A DNA stretch of 64,000 nucleotides from Nitrospirota bacterium (GTDB lineage: Bacteria > Nitrospirota > UBA9217): NCBI GenBank assembly GCA_963737155.1, contig CAVTRN010000002.1, positions 512,001 to 576,000 of the forward strand, in the 5' to 3' direction. Positions 1 to 10,552 of this stretch are shown here, in pieces; position 1 is the first letter of the stretch, and each line of letters starts with the position of its first letter. The translations under genes and the position numbers were made by a program. The notes under the pieces are model-generated. The model saw nothing but the letters and a program-made list of their open reading frames with translations, was not told where the DNA came from and searched no databases.

Positions 1-1040
1 TGCCCGGTGCACATAAAAGAATCGACGCAAAAGGCAGGCTGGTTCTTCCAGGGTTTGTGGACATCCACAGTGACGCTATTGAAAAAGAAATCGAGCCGAG
101 ACCGCGCTCATATTTCCCGTTCGATATTGCCATCGCAGAACTCGATAAGAAAATGGCGGCGAGCGGCATAACGACAATTTATCATTCCCTGTCCTTTGCC
201 GAGCACGAGATTGGTTTGAGAAAGAATGAGACTGCAGCGGCGATCGTGAAGAAAATAAACAACATGATCCCGAACCTGAGCGTGAACACGAAAGCGCATG
301 TCCGCTATGAAATAACCGATACCACAGCCGTGACCTTTCTTGAAGAACTGGTACACGGCGGTTCTGTTCATCTTATGTCGTTCATGGACCACACGCCTGG
401 CCAAGGCCAGTTCAAAGAGGTGATGGAGTTCAAGAAATACTATGGGGCCGTGTATCAGAAGCACGCCACGGAACTCGACCGGATGATTGAGCAGAAGCTC
501 AGCGTTCTCCAGGATACGAAGGAAGAAATACTTGGTTACCTCATCGGCCTCTGCAAACGATATGAAATTCCGCTTGCTTCCCACGACGACGATACAGCTG
601 CAAAGATAGATTGGATGCGGTCCATGGGAATTACCATAACCGAGTTTCCCGTGAATCTCGAAACGGCCCGCCATGCTAGCAGCCAGGGGTTGTATGTATG
701 TGTAGGGGCACCGAACATCCTGCGGGGGAATTCGGTGATCAAGAATCTCAGCGCGCGTCAGGCCGTGGGAGATGATTGTGTTGATATCATCTGTTCGGAC
801 TATGTGCCCATGGCGGTGCTGCATGCCGTCTTCATCCTGCACAGGACGCTTGCGCTCCCTCTCCATGAAGTGGCGAAAATGGCGAGCCTTTACCCTGCGG
901 AAGCGGTCGGCATCAGCGGCTATACCGGTTCTCTTGAAGCGGGCAAGGCAGCAGACCTGATCATTGTTGACCAGACCGATGCAATACCGCGCATAAAGAA
1001 AACGTTTGTATCGGGCAGGGAAGTTTTTTCTACCTATTAA
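1..1040 (+). CDS. phnM: alpha-D-ribose 1-methylphosphonate 5-triphosphate diphosphatase PhnM (5' end lies before the window)
   Basis: Frame is open from the window start (..LVLPGFVDIHSDAIE). Amidohydrolase motifs MDHTPGQGQF, ASHDD, EFP, GAPN, SDYVP; directly upstream of phnGHIJKL. Confidence 0.95.
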   Translation, partial: PGAHKRIDAKGRLVLPGFVDIHSDAIEKEIEPRPRSYFPFDIAIAELDKKMAASGITTIYHSLSFAEHEIGLRKNETAAAIVKKINNMIPNLSVNTKAHVRYEITDTTAVTFLEELVHGGSVHLMSFMDHTPGQGQFKEVMEFKKYYGAVYQKHATELDRMIEQKLSVLQDTKEEILGYLIGLCKRYEIPLASHDDDTAAKIDWMRSMGITITEFPVNLETARHASSQGLYVCVGAPNILRGNSVIKNLSARQAVGDDCVDIICSDYVPMAVLHAVFILHRTLALPLHEVAKMASLYPAEAVGISGYTGSLEAGKAADLIIVDQTDAIPRIKKTFVSGREVFSTY

Positions 1041-1116
1041 GAACGAAGCCAGGCTTTCTACGCTTCTCCCGTCCGCAGTATCGGAGAAAGATTGAGCGCA
1101 TGATAGGAGCAATAGC

Positions 1117-1548
1117 TTGAGTAAGAGTTTGGATAATTCCTTTAATAAGCTGGTCGCTGAAATGAACGATAAATCGCTCTCCCGTTTGCAGCGTCTGTTG
1201 CCATTGGAGAAGATTGCGGTCACCAAAGCACCGGAAGTCGGCCTGATCATGATGACGGTGCGCGACTGCTTTGATACGGATTTCTGCCTTGGTGAAGTTC
1301 TCGCGACCGTAGCAGAAACAAAGATCGAGAACACCAGTGGATACTCAATGATCCTCGGCGACAATCCTCGCAAAGCCGTGATAAGTGCGTCGCTCGACGC
1401 GATATTCAATGGCAATGATGCCAAATTGAAGGCAAAGCTCATGCGATGTCTCCGTGCCGTTGAAAAAGAGCACAAGAATCAGCAGAGACTCGAAGCACTG
1501 TTGCCGTCCTCGACGCGCGTTCACTTCGATGCCATGCCCGAAGGATGA
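1117..1548 (+). CDS. phnG: C-P lyase subunit PhnG
   Basis: PEVGLIMM..FCLGEV..GY..LDA and C-terminal TRVHF motifs; position in the operon. Confidence 0.88.
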   Translation: MSKSLDNSFNKLVAEMNDKSLSRLQRLLPLEKIAVTKAPEVGLIMMTVRDCFDTDFCLGEVLATVAETKIENTSGYSMILGDNPRKAVISASLDAIFNGNDAKLKAKLMRCLRAVEKEHKNQQRLEALLPSSTRVHFDAMPEG

Positions 1549-1552
1549 TCCG

Positions 1553-2128
1553 ATGAACGTCGAAAACCAAACACAGGAGGCTTTCCGGACTATCATGCGG
1601 GCAATGGGATTCCCCGGCACTTTCCATTGCCTACGTAATCACTGCTCTCGCAAAACACAGACCGCAAATATGCAACTCCTTGCCGAGACCCTCCTCGATC
1701 AGGACGTGACGTTCTGCGTTATCGGAGACCACGGTACGAACGAGCTAGAAGACATTTTGCACGAACGGACCAACAGTACTGCAACCGAGCTTTCACTCGC
1801 TGATTTCATTATCGTGATGCCTGGCCCAAGCAAAGGAAAGCTGCTTGCCGCAAAGACGGGCGTTCCCGAATACCCCGACCGCAGCGCAACGGTTCTCTTT
1901 AGCGTCGAGTCGCTGGTAGGCGGCAGCGCCGGCGATTTCCACGTACGACTGACCGGTCCGGGGGTCCCGGGTGAAAAATATATTCAGATACAGGGGCTTG
2001 ATCACGAGGTACTGTGCCAACTGAGGGAACTAAACAGCAGCTACCCCCTCGGCGTTGACAGTATCTTTATCGATCAAAACGACCGCATCATGTGCATACC
2101 GCGGTCCGCGAAGATCCAACTGAGGTAA
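1553..2128 (+). CDS. phnH: C-P lyase subunit PhnH
   Basis: QEAFRTIMRAMGFPG, LLDQDV, GVPEYPDRSAT, LTGPGV, YPLGVD, IPRS; ATG at 1553 chosen within ORF 1454..2128. Confidence 0.93.
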   Translation: MNVENQTQEAFRTIMRAMGFPGTFHCLRNHCSRKTQTANMQLLAETLLDQDVTFCVIGDHGTNELEDILHERTNSTATELSLADFIIVMPGPSKGKLLAAKTGVPEYPDRSATVLFSVESLVGGSAGDFHVRLTGPGVPGEKYIQIQGLDHEVLCQLRELNSSYPLGVDSIFIDQNDRIMCIPRSAKIQLR

Positions 2129-2132
2129 CGGC

Positions 2133-3236
2133 ATGGCTTATGTGGCAGTGAAGGGCGGCAGGGTCGCCATAGAAAATGCGGCAAAGTTCCTCGATTACGA
2201 ACGCACGAAGGGGACATCATTACCGCTCGACGTTGAACAAATAAAGGAGCAGCTCCATTTCCTCGTTGACCGGATTATGGGGGAAGGATCGTTGTACGCT
2301 CCGGACCTTGCCGCCCTGGCCATCAAACAGTCCAGCGGGGATATGCTGGAGGCGGCATTTATTCTTCGGGCTTACCGGACGACACAGCCGAGAATGGGTT
2401 ACTCTCTGCCCGGTTCCACGGGCGAGATGAAAATCATACGCAGAATATCAGCAGCGTTCAAGGATATCCCGGGAAGCCAGGTGCTCGGACCGACGCCGGA
2501 CTATAGCCTGCGGTTGATGGACTTCAACCTTTTCGATGATTCGTACGAAAAACGGCAGGAATATATTCATTCATTATTCAAGGATGTCTGTAACAGCGAC
2601 GAGATGCCTGAAAGCTTTCCCAAGATCGTAGCGCTCCTCAGGAAGGAAAACCTTCTCGAAGAGCGTAGACTGAAAAATTCCAGTGATTCGGAACTGGATG
2701 ATATCACACGAGGATCAATCACCTTTCCCGCGTCACGGCCCGTTTCGCTTCAAAGTATGGCAAGGGGAGAGACGGGAGGACTGCTGCTCCTTGCGTATTC
2801 CAATATGCGCGGCTACGGGAACGTGCATCCCACCGTCGGAGAGCTGAGGGTCGGATTTATGCCCGTTACGATCCGGCATCCCCGTACCGGCGAGGCATAC
2901 TCAATCGGCGAGATCAAGGTAACCGAAGCGGAGATCATTTCCGAATCCAGGACATCGGTAGGGACGCCGAAATTTACACTTGGATACGGCCTCTGTTTCG
3001 GTCACAACGAAGTGAAGGCAATCTCCATGGCAGTACTCGACCTGTCGACACAGGCTGACGAGGCAAGCGCACCGTCAGAGGACCAGGAATTCGTTCTTTC
3101 TCACATTGATGGTATTGAATCCATGGGGTTTTGCAATCATTTTAAGCTTCCGCATTACGTGACGTTTCAATCGTCCCTCGATAGGATCAGAAAGACACAG
3201 GAGGTGTGGGATGAATCTGAAGCAGTGGCTGAATAA
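2133..3236 (+). CDS. phnI: C-P lyase subunit PhnI
   Basis: MAYVAVKGG, RRISAAFKDIPG, RGYGNVHP, GFCNHFKLPHYVTFQS. Confidence 0.97.
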   Translation: MAYVAVKGGRVAIENAAKFLDYERTKGTSLPLDVEQIKEQLHFLVDRIMGEGSLYAPDLAALAIKQSSGDMLEAAFILRAYRTTQPRMGYSLPGSTGEMKIIRRISAAFKDIPGSQVLGPTPDYSLRLMDFNLFDDSYEKRQEYIHSLFKDVCNSDEMPESFPKIVALLRKENLLEERRLKNSSDSELDDITRGSITFPASRPVSLQSMARGETGGLLLLAYSNMRGYGNVHPTVGELRVGFMPVTIRHPRTGEAYSIGEIKVTEAEIISESRTSVGTPKFTLGYGLCFGHNEVKAISMAVLDLSTQADEASAPSEDQEFVLSHIDGIESMGFCNHFKLPHYVTFQSSLDRIRKTQEVWDESEAVAE

Positions 3237-4098
3237 TGCGACCCATGCTGACCGGCTGACCGGCAAATATAGCTTCGCGTTCCTCGACGAAGGAACGAAG
3301 CGCGAGATCCGCCGCAAAATTCTGAAAGCGATCGCTATCCCGGGGTATCAGGTTCCCTTCAGCTCGCGGGAACTGCCGATCGCAAGAGGATGGGGAACAG
3401 GCGGCTTGCAGATCACGCTTTCAATCATCGGTCTCCATGACATCTTGAAGGTGATCGACCAGGGGTCTGATGACAGCGTCAATGCCGTGAACATCGGCAG
3501 GTTCGTGAACAGGGTCACGGGCGTCAATCTTACGACCGATACGGAGGAAGCGAGCATTATCCAGACACGACACCGGATTCCTGAGGAGCCTCTGCGCGAA
3601 GAACAGGTGCTTGTGCTCCAGGTTCCGATCCCTGAGGTGCTCCGGACTGTCGAACCTTCGGAGAAAGAGACGCGTCGCATGCACGCGGAGGCAGATTACA
3701 GCGCGATGTGGCTGTATCTCTACGAAGACATCATCAAGTACCGCGAGATCAGCATCGGTTCGCGATATCCTGTGACTGTCAACCATCGTTATATCATGGA
3801 TCCGAGCCCCATCCCGCGCTGGGACATACCTAAACTGCATATGGCAAAGAACCTTTATCTCTTCTGTGCTGGCAGGGAGAAAAGAATCTATGCAATACCG
3901 CCCCATACCGATGTACGACCACTCGAGTTCGAGGACCACAAGTTTCGGGTAGAGGATTTCAAGGGTGCAGTCTGTTGCCGGTGCGGTAGCACGAGTACGT
4001 ACCTCGATGAAATAGTTGAGGACGAAAGCGGTGTGCGCACCTATTCCTGTTCCGATACGGCATACTGCTCCAAAGTTGCAGAGAAGAAACGAAATTAA
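3211..4098 (+). CDS. phnJ: C-P lyase PhnJ (radical SAM / glycyl radical C-P cleavage)
   Basis: AIPGYQVPF, GWGTGG, IQTRHRIPE, GREKRIYAIPP and C-terminal CxxC..CSDTAYC cluster ligands. Confidence 0.97.
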   Translation: MNLKQWLNNATHADRLTGKYSFAFLDEGTKREIRRKILKAIAIPGYQVPFSSRELPIARGWGTGGLQITLSIIGLHDILKVIDQGSDDSVNAVNIGRFVNRVTGVNLTTDTEEASIIQTRHRIPEEPLREEQVLVLQVPIPEVLRTVEPSEKETRRMHAEADYSAMWLYLYEDIIKYREISIGSRYPVTVNHRYIMDPSPIPRWDIPKLHMAKNLYLFCAGREKRIYAIPPHTDVRPLEFEDHKFRVEDFKGAVCCRCGSTSTYLDEIVEDESGVRTYSCSDTAYCSKVAEKKRN

Positions 4099-4099
4099 C

Positions 4100-4966
4100 A
4101 TGAAGCCACTTTTAACAATTAAGAACCTCACCAAAATGTACGGGACGGGCTGTTTGGATTGCACGGACCATGCTGGCCTGCGTGAAAAATCGAACATCTG
4201 TCCGGAATGCGGGACGGTGTTTGCCTGCAGCGACATCTCCTTCGACCTGTTCCCGGGTGAGGTGCTTGGTGTTGTGGGTGAAAGCGGCTCCGGCAAAAGT
4301 ACGCTCGTAAAACTTCTCAATTTCGACATGGCGCCGTCATGGGGTGAGATGTACGTACGGCTGAAAGGCAGAGGCGATGATCCGTCTCTTTTGGCCCTCC
4401 CGGTCAGTGATGGCAACCTTTTTTTAATCAGTTCTTACCAGAAAAGACAACTGAAGAACGCTCTCTTGGGCGTCGTTTACCAGAGCCCTTACCTGGGGCT
4501 TAAAATGAATATTAGCGCAGGCGGCAATGTTGCCGAGCGTCTGCTCATGGCGGGCTGGAGACACGTAGGAAAGATACGCGAACGGGCTTCATTGCTGCTG
4601 GAAAAGACGGAGGTCCCTGTGTCCCGAATGGATGAACCGCCGAAGAATTTCAGCGGCGGCATGCAACAGCGAGTCCAGATTGCACGGGCATTGTCAAACG
4701 AGCCAGTCCTGCTCCTGCTCGATGAAGTGACAACCGGCCTGGATGTTTCGGTCCAGGCACGGGTGCTCGATCTCATCCGGAGCCTGCACCGGGAACTCGG
4801 CGTCTCGATGATAGTGGTTTCTCATGATCTTTCAGTTATTCGTCTGCTGACCACGAGGACCTTGGTTCTTCAGGAGGGAAGGATCGTTGAATCGGGGCTG
4901 ACGGATCAGGTGCTGGAGGATCCCCAGCATCCCTATACGCAGTTGCTGGTCAGCTCGGCATTATAA
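4100..4966 (+). CDS. phnK: C-P lyase ABC-type ATPase PhnK
   Basis: GESGSGKST, FSGGMQQR, DEVTTGLDVSVQA, DPQHPYTQLLVSS; Cys-rich N-terminal insert. Confidence 0.95.
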   Translation: MKPLLTIKNLTKMYGTGCLDCTDHAGLREKSNICPECGTVFACSDISFDLFPGEVLGVVGESGSGKSTLVKLLNFDMAPSWGEMYVRLKGRGDDPSLLALPVSDGNLFLISSYQKRQLKNALLGVVYQSPYLGLKMNISAGGNVAERLLMAGWRHVGKIRERASLLLEKTEVPVSRMDEPPKNFSGGMQQRVQIARALSNEPVLLLLDEVTTGLDVSVQARVLDLIRSLHRELGVSMIVVSHDLSVIRLLTTRTLVLQEGRIVESGLTDQVLEDPQHPYTQLLVSSAL

Positions 4967-5115
4967 ACAACAGGCAGCGGCTTGAACCCAGACAGGCACT
5001 TGGTCGAGCGAGGAGCGAAATATATGGCAAAAGCTTGTTTTGTCTCTCGCCGGGTGGCCGTGATGCGGCCCGGTGGTTCCAGAAACCCTGAACAATTGCA
5101 CAAGGATTTCTAAAC

Positions 5116-5802
5116 ATGTTGAAACTGAAAAATTTGTCAAAAACATTCACTGTGCATACGCGCGGCGGCAAAGTCATTAACGGCTGCGAGCGGGTGTCAT
5201 TCAACGTTGGACCAGGGGAACTGCTGGGCCTTGCCGGACCGAGCGGTTCGGGGAAAACCTCCATCTTGAAATGCATCTACCGGACATATATACCAACCTC
5301 CGGCACTGTTAACTATGCATCGAAAGAGTTCGGCCCTGTTGACCTTGCTCAAGCTTCGGAACACATGATTGTCAGGCTGAGGTCACGCGAGATAGGCTAC
5401 GTGACGCAGTTCCTGAAAGTGCTGCCGCGCGTGCCTGCTGCAGATGTTGTGGCAGAACCGCTCCTGTGGAGGGGCGTCCCTCTTGATGAGGCCAGAAAGA
5501 GCGCGGTAGAAATGCTCTATCGCCTGCACATTCCGAGCGCGCTCTTCGACGCCTGCCCGGGAACCTTTAGCGGCGGGGAGCAGCAACGGATCAATGTGGC
5601 GCGCGCTGTGATCGCGAAACCCCGGCTCCTCCTCCTTGACGAACCGACGGCATCACTTGACCGGCATTCCGTAAGTATTATTGTGGATATTCTTCGAGAT
5701 CTCAAAAAAGAAGGTTGTACGATGATCGGGATTTTCCACGACAAGAACCTGATGGAATCCGTTGCGGACAGGACCTATGAAATGTCGTCAGTTACAGCAT
5801 AG
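5116..5802 (+). CDS. phnL: C-P lyase ATPase PhnL
   Basis: [42 protein letters not shown]. Confidence 0.95.
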   Translation: MLKLKNLSKTFTVHTRGGKVINGCERVSFNVGPGELLGLAGPSGSGKTSILKCIYRTYIPTSGTVNYASKEFGPVDLAQASEHMIVRLRSREIGYVTQFLKVLPRVPAADVVAEPLLWRGVPLDEARKSAVEMLYRLHIPSALFDACPGTFSGGEQQRINVARAVIAKPRLLLLDEPTASLDRHSVSIIVDILRDLKKEGCTMIGIFHDKNLMESVADRTYEMSSVTA

Positions 5803-5933
5803 CCATGACTGAAAGAAACCTTAATTTTGTCATATAGAGGTACTAACAGTGGCACCAACGGGCGCGCAGATAAATGGGGTGAAGTCCAGCTAGTTGTGAA
5901 GAAGATTATGGCAGGTAAGGAGGTTTTTTCAAC

Positions 5934-6896
5934 ATGCAGGATCTAGGAGCTAAAATCGACGAAACGATGATCGACCGGAGCCTGCCGAGACTGAAAACGG
6001 GCCTTGATACTCTCCGGGAGCACGAATTTCGCGCTGTGGAGTTGCCTGTTCACGGTCTCGACGTGATCAGGAACGGCAGGCTCGATTACGCCCGGGTCGT
6101 GCAGGTAAGGGAACTTCTTGCGGATTATGATTTCCGCTACAGCATCCACTCGCCGGATCCCCTGAATCTCATGGACAAGGACGAGCCCGATCTGCATGTC
6201 GCGGTCCTGAAGGCCTCGATCGAATTCGCTCTCCTCAATCAAGCGACTGTCCTGGTATATCATCCGGGACGGTACGTATCCGAAGAGCTGTTCATGCTCT
6301 ATGAAAAACACGATTTTTCGTCCGACGAAAAAAGAAAGCTGCTCGACAAAGAAGCGTTGCTGCTGCAGCGCATTGCGGACGAGTATCCGGAGATGACCAT
6401 CTGCATGGAAAATTCGCGCCCCTATCTGTTTCACTCGCCTTACTGTTATGCGGAACGGCTGGGCCCTCTTGCGGACCAAGTGGAAAACATCAACAGAAAG
6501 AACGTCAAGATAAATCTTGATTTCGGCCACCTCTATCTCGCGTCGAAGCACTATGAATTTGACGCAATAAAGGAGGTCGAAAAAATACGACTGCATGTCG
6601 GCCATACGCACATCCATGACAATTTCGGAAAGGTCATTTATTACCACGAAAAACAGCAGACGCGACTTTTCCCTTTCGGGAAAGGAGACTCCCATATGCC
6701 GGTTGGGTGGGGAGAGATTCCCTTCGAGGATATCCTGTCTCCGTTTATCGACGGATATGAGGGCATGTTCATGATGGAGCTGCGGGGACGGTACTTCGAC
6801 AGCGTTCTGGAATCGAGAGATAACTTGAAGGTGATTCTTGCGTCGTGCACACGGCACCGGGCGGCGCAGGAACGTATGATCACGAACGGTACATAG
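5934..6896 (+). CDS. xylose isomerase-like / AP endonuclease 2 TIM-barrel metalloenzyme
   Basis: [34 protein letters not shown] and MEL motifs; RBS AAGGAGG upstream. Confidence 0.85.
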   Translation: MQDLGAKIDETMIDRSLPRLKTGLDTLREHEFRAVELPVHGLDVIRNGRLDYARVVQVRELLADYDFRYSIHSPDPLNLMDKDEPDLHVAVLKASIEFALLNQATVLVYHPGRYVSEELFMLYEKHDFSSDEKRKLLDKEALLLQRIADEYPEMTICMENSRPYLFHSPYCYAERLGPLADQVENINRKNVKINLDFGHLYLASKHYEFDAIKEVEKIRLHVGHTHIHDNFGKVIYYHEKQQTRLFPFGKGDSHMPVGWGEIPFEDILSPFIDGYEGMFMMELRGRYFDSVLESRDNLKVILASCTRHRAAQERMITNGT

Positions 6897-6907
6897 CAGG
6901 GGAGACC

Positions 6908-7564
6908 ATGTTTCATCACGTATCCTTATTTAAGACTGAACAGCATCTCGATGCGCCGCATCTCGGGGAACAGCCGAGCATCCATCCGACTGCCATAATC
7001 GTAAACTGCTTTCTTGGGGAATGGACAGCGATCGGACCTCAGTCGCATATTGAAGAGACGCTGTTCGATGACTACAGCTATACGGACAGCGATGTATCCA
7101 TTATTTATGCGGAAATAGGAAAATTCGTGAACATCGCCTCGCACGTCCGTATTAACCCGGGCAACCATCCCATGGAGCGGGTGACCTTGCATCACTGTAC
7201 CTACCGAAGGAAGAAGTATGGGTTCGCAGAAACCGATGATGAGTCAATCTTTTCGTGGAGACGCTCGCATACCTGTAAGATTGGCCATGACGTGTGGATA
7301 GGGCATGCCGCGACGATCATGCCTGGCGTTATGATAGGCCCCGGAGCGGTCGTTGGTGCTGGGGCAGTCGTTACTAAGGATGTCGCGCCGTACGAGATCG
7401 TTGCAGGCGTGCCTGCGCGCTCGATCCGTAAGCGGTTTTCCGATGAAACGATCAAGAAGCTGCTCGGTATCGCCTGGTGGGATTGGGACCGTACGATGCT
7501 AAAAAAACGTTTTGCAGATTTTTATGATCTTAAGACATTTCTCGACAAATATTCAGCGACCTGA
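6908..7564 (+). CDS. hexapeptide-repeat (left-handed beta-helix) acetyltransferase, phosphonate-metabolism associated
   Basis: [44 protein letters not shown] (CatB/Vat-like); common in phn clusters. Confidence 0.9.
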   Translation: MFHHVSLFKTEQHLDAPHLGEQPSIHPTAIIVNCFLGEWTAIGPQSHIEETLFDDYSYTDSDVSIIYAEIGKFVNIASHVRINPGNHPMERVTLHHCTYRRKKYGFAETDDESIFSWRRSHTCKIGHDVWIGHAATIMPGVMIGPGAVVGAGAVVTKDVAPYEIVAGVPARSIRKRFSDETIKKLLGIAWWDWDRTMLKKRFADFYDLKTFLDKYSAT

Positions 7565-7856
7565 AGAATGAGAAGCAATGTTTTAGAGGGACTTCGCCTC
7601 AGACAATTGAGTCATGATCACGTGAAAAGGCAAAAACGACTCTCTCAAAGCTGCAGAGCCCGCAAAGGAAAATAGAACGAACTGTTTTACAATATTCTTA
7701 CCGTCTGTGCGAAAATTGTTTTTGTTCGACTCAATAATTTGCACAAAATAAAGATCTTGATTTGTAAAGTTCTTTAATCTCTCTGACTGGCAGCGGCAAA
7801 CCTATTCGGTTGCAGCTGCAGCTCTCTGAGCAAATCGAGATGTAAAGGAGAGCACC

Positions 7857-8531
7857 ATGGATAAAGATAGAGAATGTGCTACAGCCCTTGATACCGCGCA
7901 TCAGGCGTGGGACAGCCTCTGGGGCACTGAAGAGGGACGCAAGGACTGGATCGCCGTGGAACAGGACGTAAGAGGCCTGGAAAAGGAATTGGCTGGCCTG
8001 AAGGTATCCCGGGTGCTCGATCTCGGGTGCGGCATCGGCAGGCATTCACTCTTTCTGGCGTCTAAGGGTTTTCAGGTGTTCTCCATCGACGCCAGCAGCA
8101 GGGCGGTTGATTTCACACAAAATGCCGCACGGAAGGCCGGCTTTTCCATCGATGTCAAGCAGTCGGCCATGACCGAGTTGCCTTTTGAGGACCGTTATTT
8201 TGATTATGTCCTCGCTTGGAACGTGATCTACCATGGCGATCCAGACACGGTGAGAAAGGTGCTATCTGAAGTAGCCCGCGTTCTCCGGCCATGCGGCATA
8301 TTCCAGGGGACAATGCTTACAAAGCGTAACGCTTATTACGGCAAGGGACGAAGGGTAGCCCCCGATACCTATGTCAACGATGAAGAGGATGAAAAGAAAC
8401 ATGCACATTTCTATTGCAATGCAAAGGAGTTCGCCGAATTGTTATATGACTTTGAGCTCCTTTCCCTGCGCCAGCAGAAACAGCTGAAACCGGGGTCTTA
8501 CCATTGGCATTTTGTTGCCGAAAGGATCTGA
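7857..8531 (+). CDS. class I SAM-dependent methyltransferase
   Basis: VLDLGCGIGRH, FDYV..WNVIYH, LRPCG; RBS AAGGAG. Confidence 0.9.
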   Translation: MDKDRECATALDTAHQAWDSLWGTEEGRKDWIAVEQDVRGLEKELAGLKVSRVLDLGCGIGRHSLFLASKGFQVFSIDASSRAVDFTQNAARKAGFSIDVKQSAMTELPFEDRYFDYVLAWNVIYHGDPDTVRKVLSEVARVLRPCGIFQGTMLTKRNAYYGKGRRVAPDTYVNDEEDEKKHAHFYCNAKEFAELLYDFELLSLRQQKQLKPGSYHWHFVAERI

Positions 8532-8745
8532 AATGGCTTCTTGTTGTGAAAGCATTGAAAAAAATGAAGACCGAGAGCATGTGGAATACCGCAGTACGCA
8601 ATTCAGGAGTCTATCTGTAATAGCTGTGGATTTCAATGGCGAAGGGAGGTAACAGGTTCAGGAAATGGTAGACAGGGCTGGTCGAGCCGGATGTAACCCG
8701 GCATCGGTTCAATAAAATGGGAATTTATTTCACTATAAATTAGCA

Positions 8746-9672
8746 ATGGAGGGGAAAATGAAAAAATATGTTTTTGCTCTTGGCCTGGTAGCGGCCCTGA
8801 CGACAATTCTGACGGGGGTACTCCATGCCAGTCAAAAAAGCCTGGTGATGGGTCTCATCCCCGCAGAGGATCCCCAGGCCATGATCGAGCAAATCAAACC
8901 CATGAAGGATTGGATGGAGAAAGAACTTGGGCAGCGTATAGAGCTCTTCACTGCCACTGATTACTCTGGCGTAATCGAGGCTATGCGGGTCAAGAAAGTG
9001 GATTTTGCCTGGTTCGGCCCCTTTTCATACGTGATGGCCCATGATAGGGCGGGAGCTGATGCATTTGCGGTGGGCATCGATCTCAAGGGCAAAAGCACCT
9101 ACCAATCATACCTGGTGGCCACTCCGGAAACGGCCAAGAAGTTGGGAATCTCTACTCCCTTAGTGGGGGAGGAGGGCATGAGAGAGATTGCTCAAAAGCT
9201 CAACGAACACAAAAAGGAATTCACTTTCACGTTCACCGATCCCGCCTCAACTTCCGGCTATGCAGTACCCAGGTACTTCATGTGGAAGGTCGGCATGGAC
9301 CCGGAACAGGTGTTCCAAAGGGTAGGCTTCAGCGGCACGCATGATGCTGCCGAGCTGATGGTGAAAAACAAGACGGTCGATATGTGCTCCGACAATGATA
9401 TGACCAATCCTGCCATGGTCGCTGCCGGGAAGATTTCGCCCGAGACCAATATTGTGATCTGGAGGTCGATCCCCCTTCCCGGTTCTCCTGTGGCTTATCG
9501 GCACGACTTGCCGGAAAAAATCAAGGAAGCTTTGAGAAAGGCAATTACCACAATTCCCGAAGATGCCAACAAGGTCAAAGCTTTTGGGAACATAACTGGA
9601 TGGCAGATAGTAAGCGACAATGACTATACGCTTATTAAAAATGTCAAGGAAGTGATAGACGGCCTGAAATAG
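8746..9672 (+). CDS. phnD: phosphonate ABC transporter substrate-binding protein PhnD
   Basis: Signal peptide, TDYSGVIEAM, DPASTSGY, GTHDA. Confidence 0.93.
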   Translation: MEGKMKKYVFALGLVAALTTILTGVLHASQKSLVMGLIPAEDPQAMIEQIKPMKDWMEKELGQRIELFTATDYSGVIEAMRVKKVDFAWFGPFSYVMAHDRAGADAFAVGIDLKGKSTYQSYLVATPETAKKLGISTPLVGEEGMREIAQKLNEHKKEFTFTFTDPASTSGYAVPRYFMWKVGMDPEQVFQRVGFSGTHDAAELMVKNKTVDMCSDNDMTNPAMVAAGKISPETNIVIWRSIPLPGSPVAYRHDLPEKIKEALRKAITTIPEDANKVKAFGNITGWQIVSDNDYTLIKNVKEVIDGLK

Positions 9673-9763
9673 GAGTCTCGACGGCGCTGAAGGCAGGCAC
9701 CCTAACGGGCAGCCATGAATGGGAGCACCTGCCTTCAGCAGACGTCCAAGGGCCGGGGAGAAT

Positions 9764-10552
9764 ATGATGGTAAGAGTGGAAAACCTTAATAAACGCTTCA
9801 ACGGCCATGAGGTCTTGCGCAACATAAATTTACGATTGCGGAAAGGCGAGCCCGTAGCCCTTATCGGCCCCAGCGGGTCCGGAAAAACCACCTTAATAAG
9901 GACGATCAACGGGTTTGTAGTTCCGGACGAAGGGAAAATTTCGGTAGGCGGCAGGGAAATCAAGTTTCACAACCCGAAATCTCTGCGCCAAAGCCGGAAG
10001 AAAATCGGAATGATCTATCAGCTTTTCAATTTGGTGGAAAGGACCTCGGTGCAAGCGAATGTCATGGCTGGAGCCCTGGGGAGGCTGGATCGGGGGATTT
10101 CTTTAATTTCTTCCACGCTCGGTTTATTCAGCAAGACGGAGAGGGAAAAAGCCAGGGAGCTGCTCAGTTTTGTCGGGTTGGAGGACAAGGCCCGGGAACG
10201 GGTGGACCGGCTCAGCGGCGGCCAGAAACAGCGGGTCGCCATTGCCCGGGCCTTGATGCAGGAACCGGAGGTACTCCTGGCGGATGAGCCTATCGCCAAC
10301 CTCGACCCCAAAGCCAGCAGGAAAATTATGGAACTTTTGCTTCGGATCAACCGGGAGAAGAAGATAACCTTGATCACGGTTCTCCATCATCTGGACCACG
10401 TGCGGGACCATTTCGACCGGGTGATCGCCCTCAAAGAGGGAACCATTTGTTTTGACGCCCACACCGACACTCTTAACGACCACCAAGTTCAGGATATTTA
10501 TACATTTGACGAGGAAATCGGATGCGTTGCAGCTCAAGCCAGCACTATCTGA
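9764..10552 (+). CDS. phnC: phosphonate ABC transporter ATPase PhnC
   Basis: [34 protein letters not shown]. Confidence 0.93.
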   Translation: MMVRVENLNKRFNGHEVLRNINLRLRKGEPVALIGPSGSGKTTLIRTINGFVVPDEGKISVGGREIKFHNPKSLRQSRKKIGMIYQLFNLVERTSVQANVMAGALGRLDRGISLISSTLGLFSKTEREKARELLSFVGLEDKARERVDRLSGGQKQRVAIARALMQEPEVLLADEPIANLDPKASRKIMELLLRINREKKITLITVLHHLDHVRDHFDRVIALKEGTICFDAHTDTLNDHQVQDIYTFDEEIGCVAAQASTI

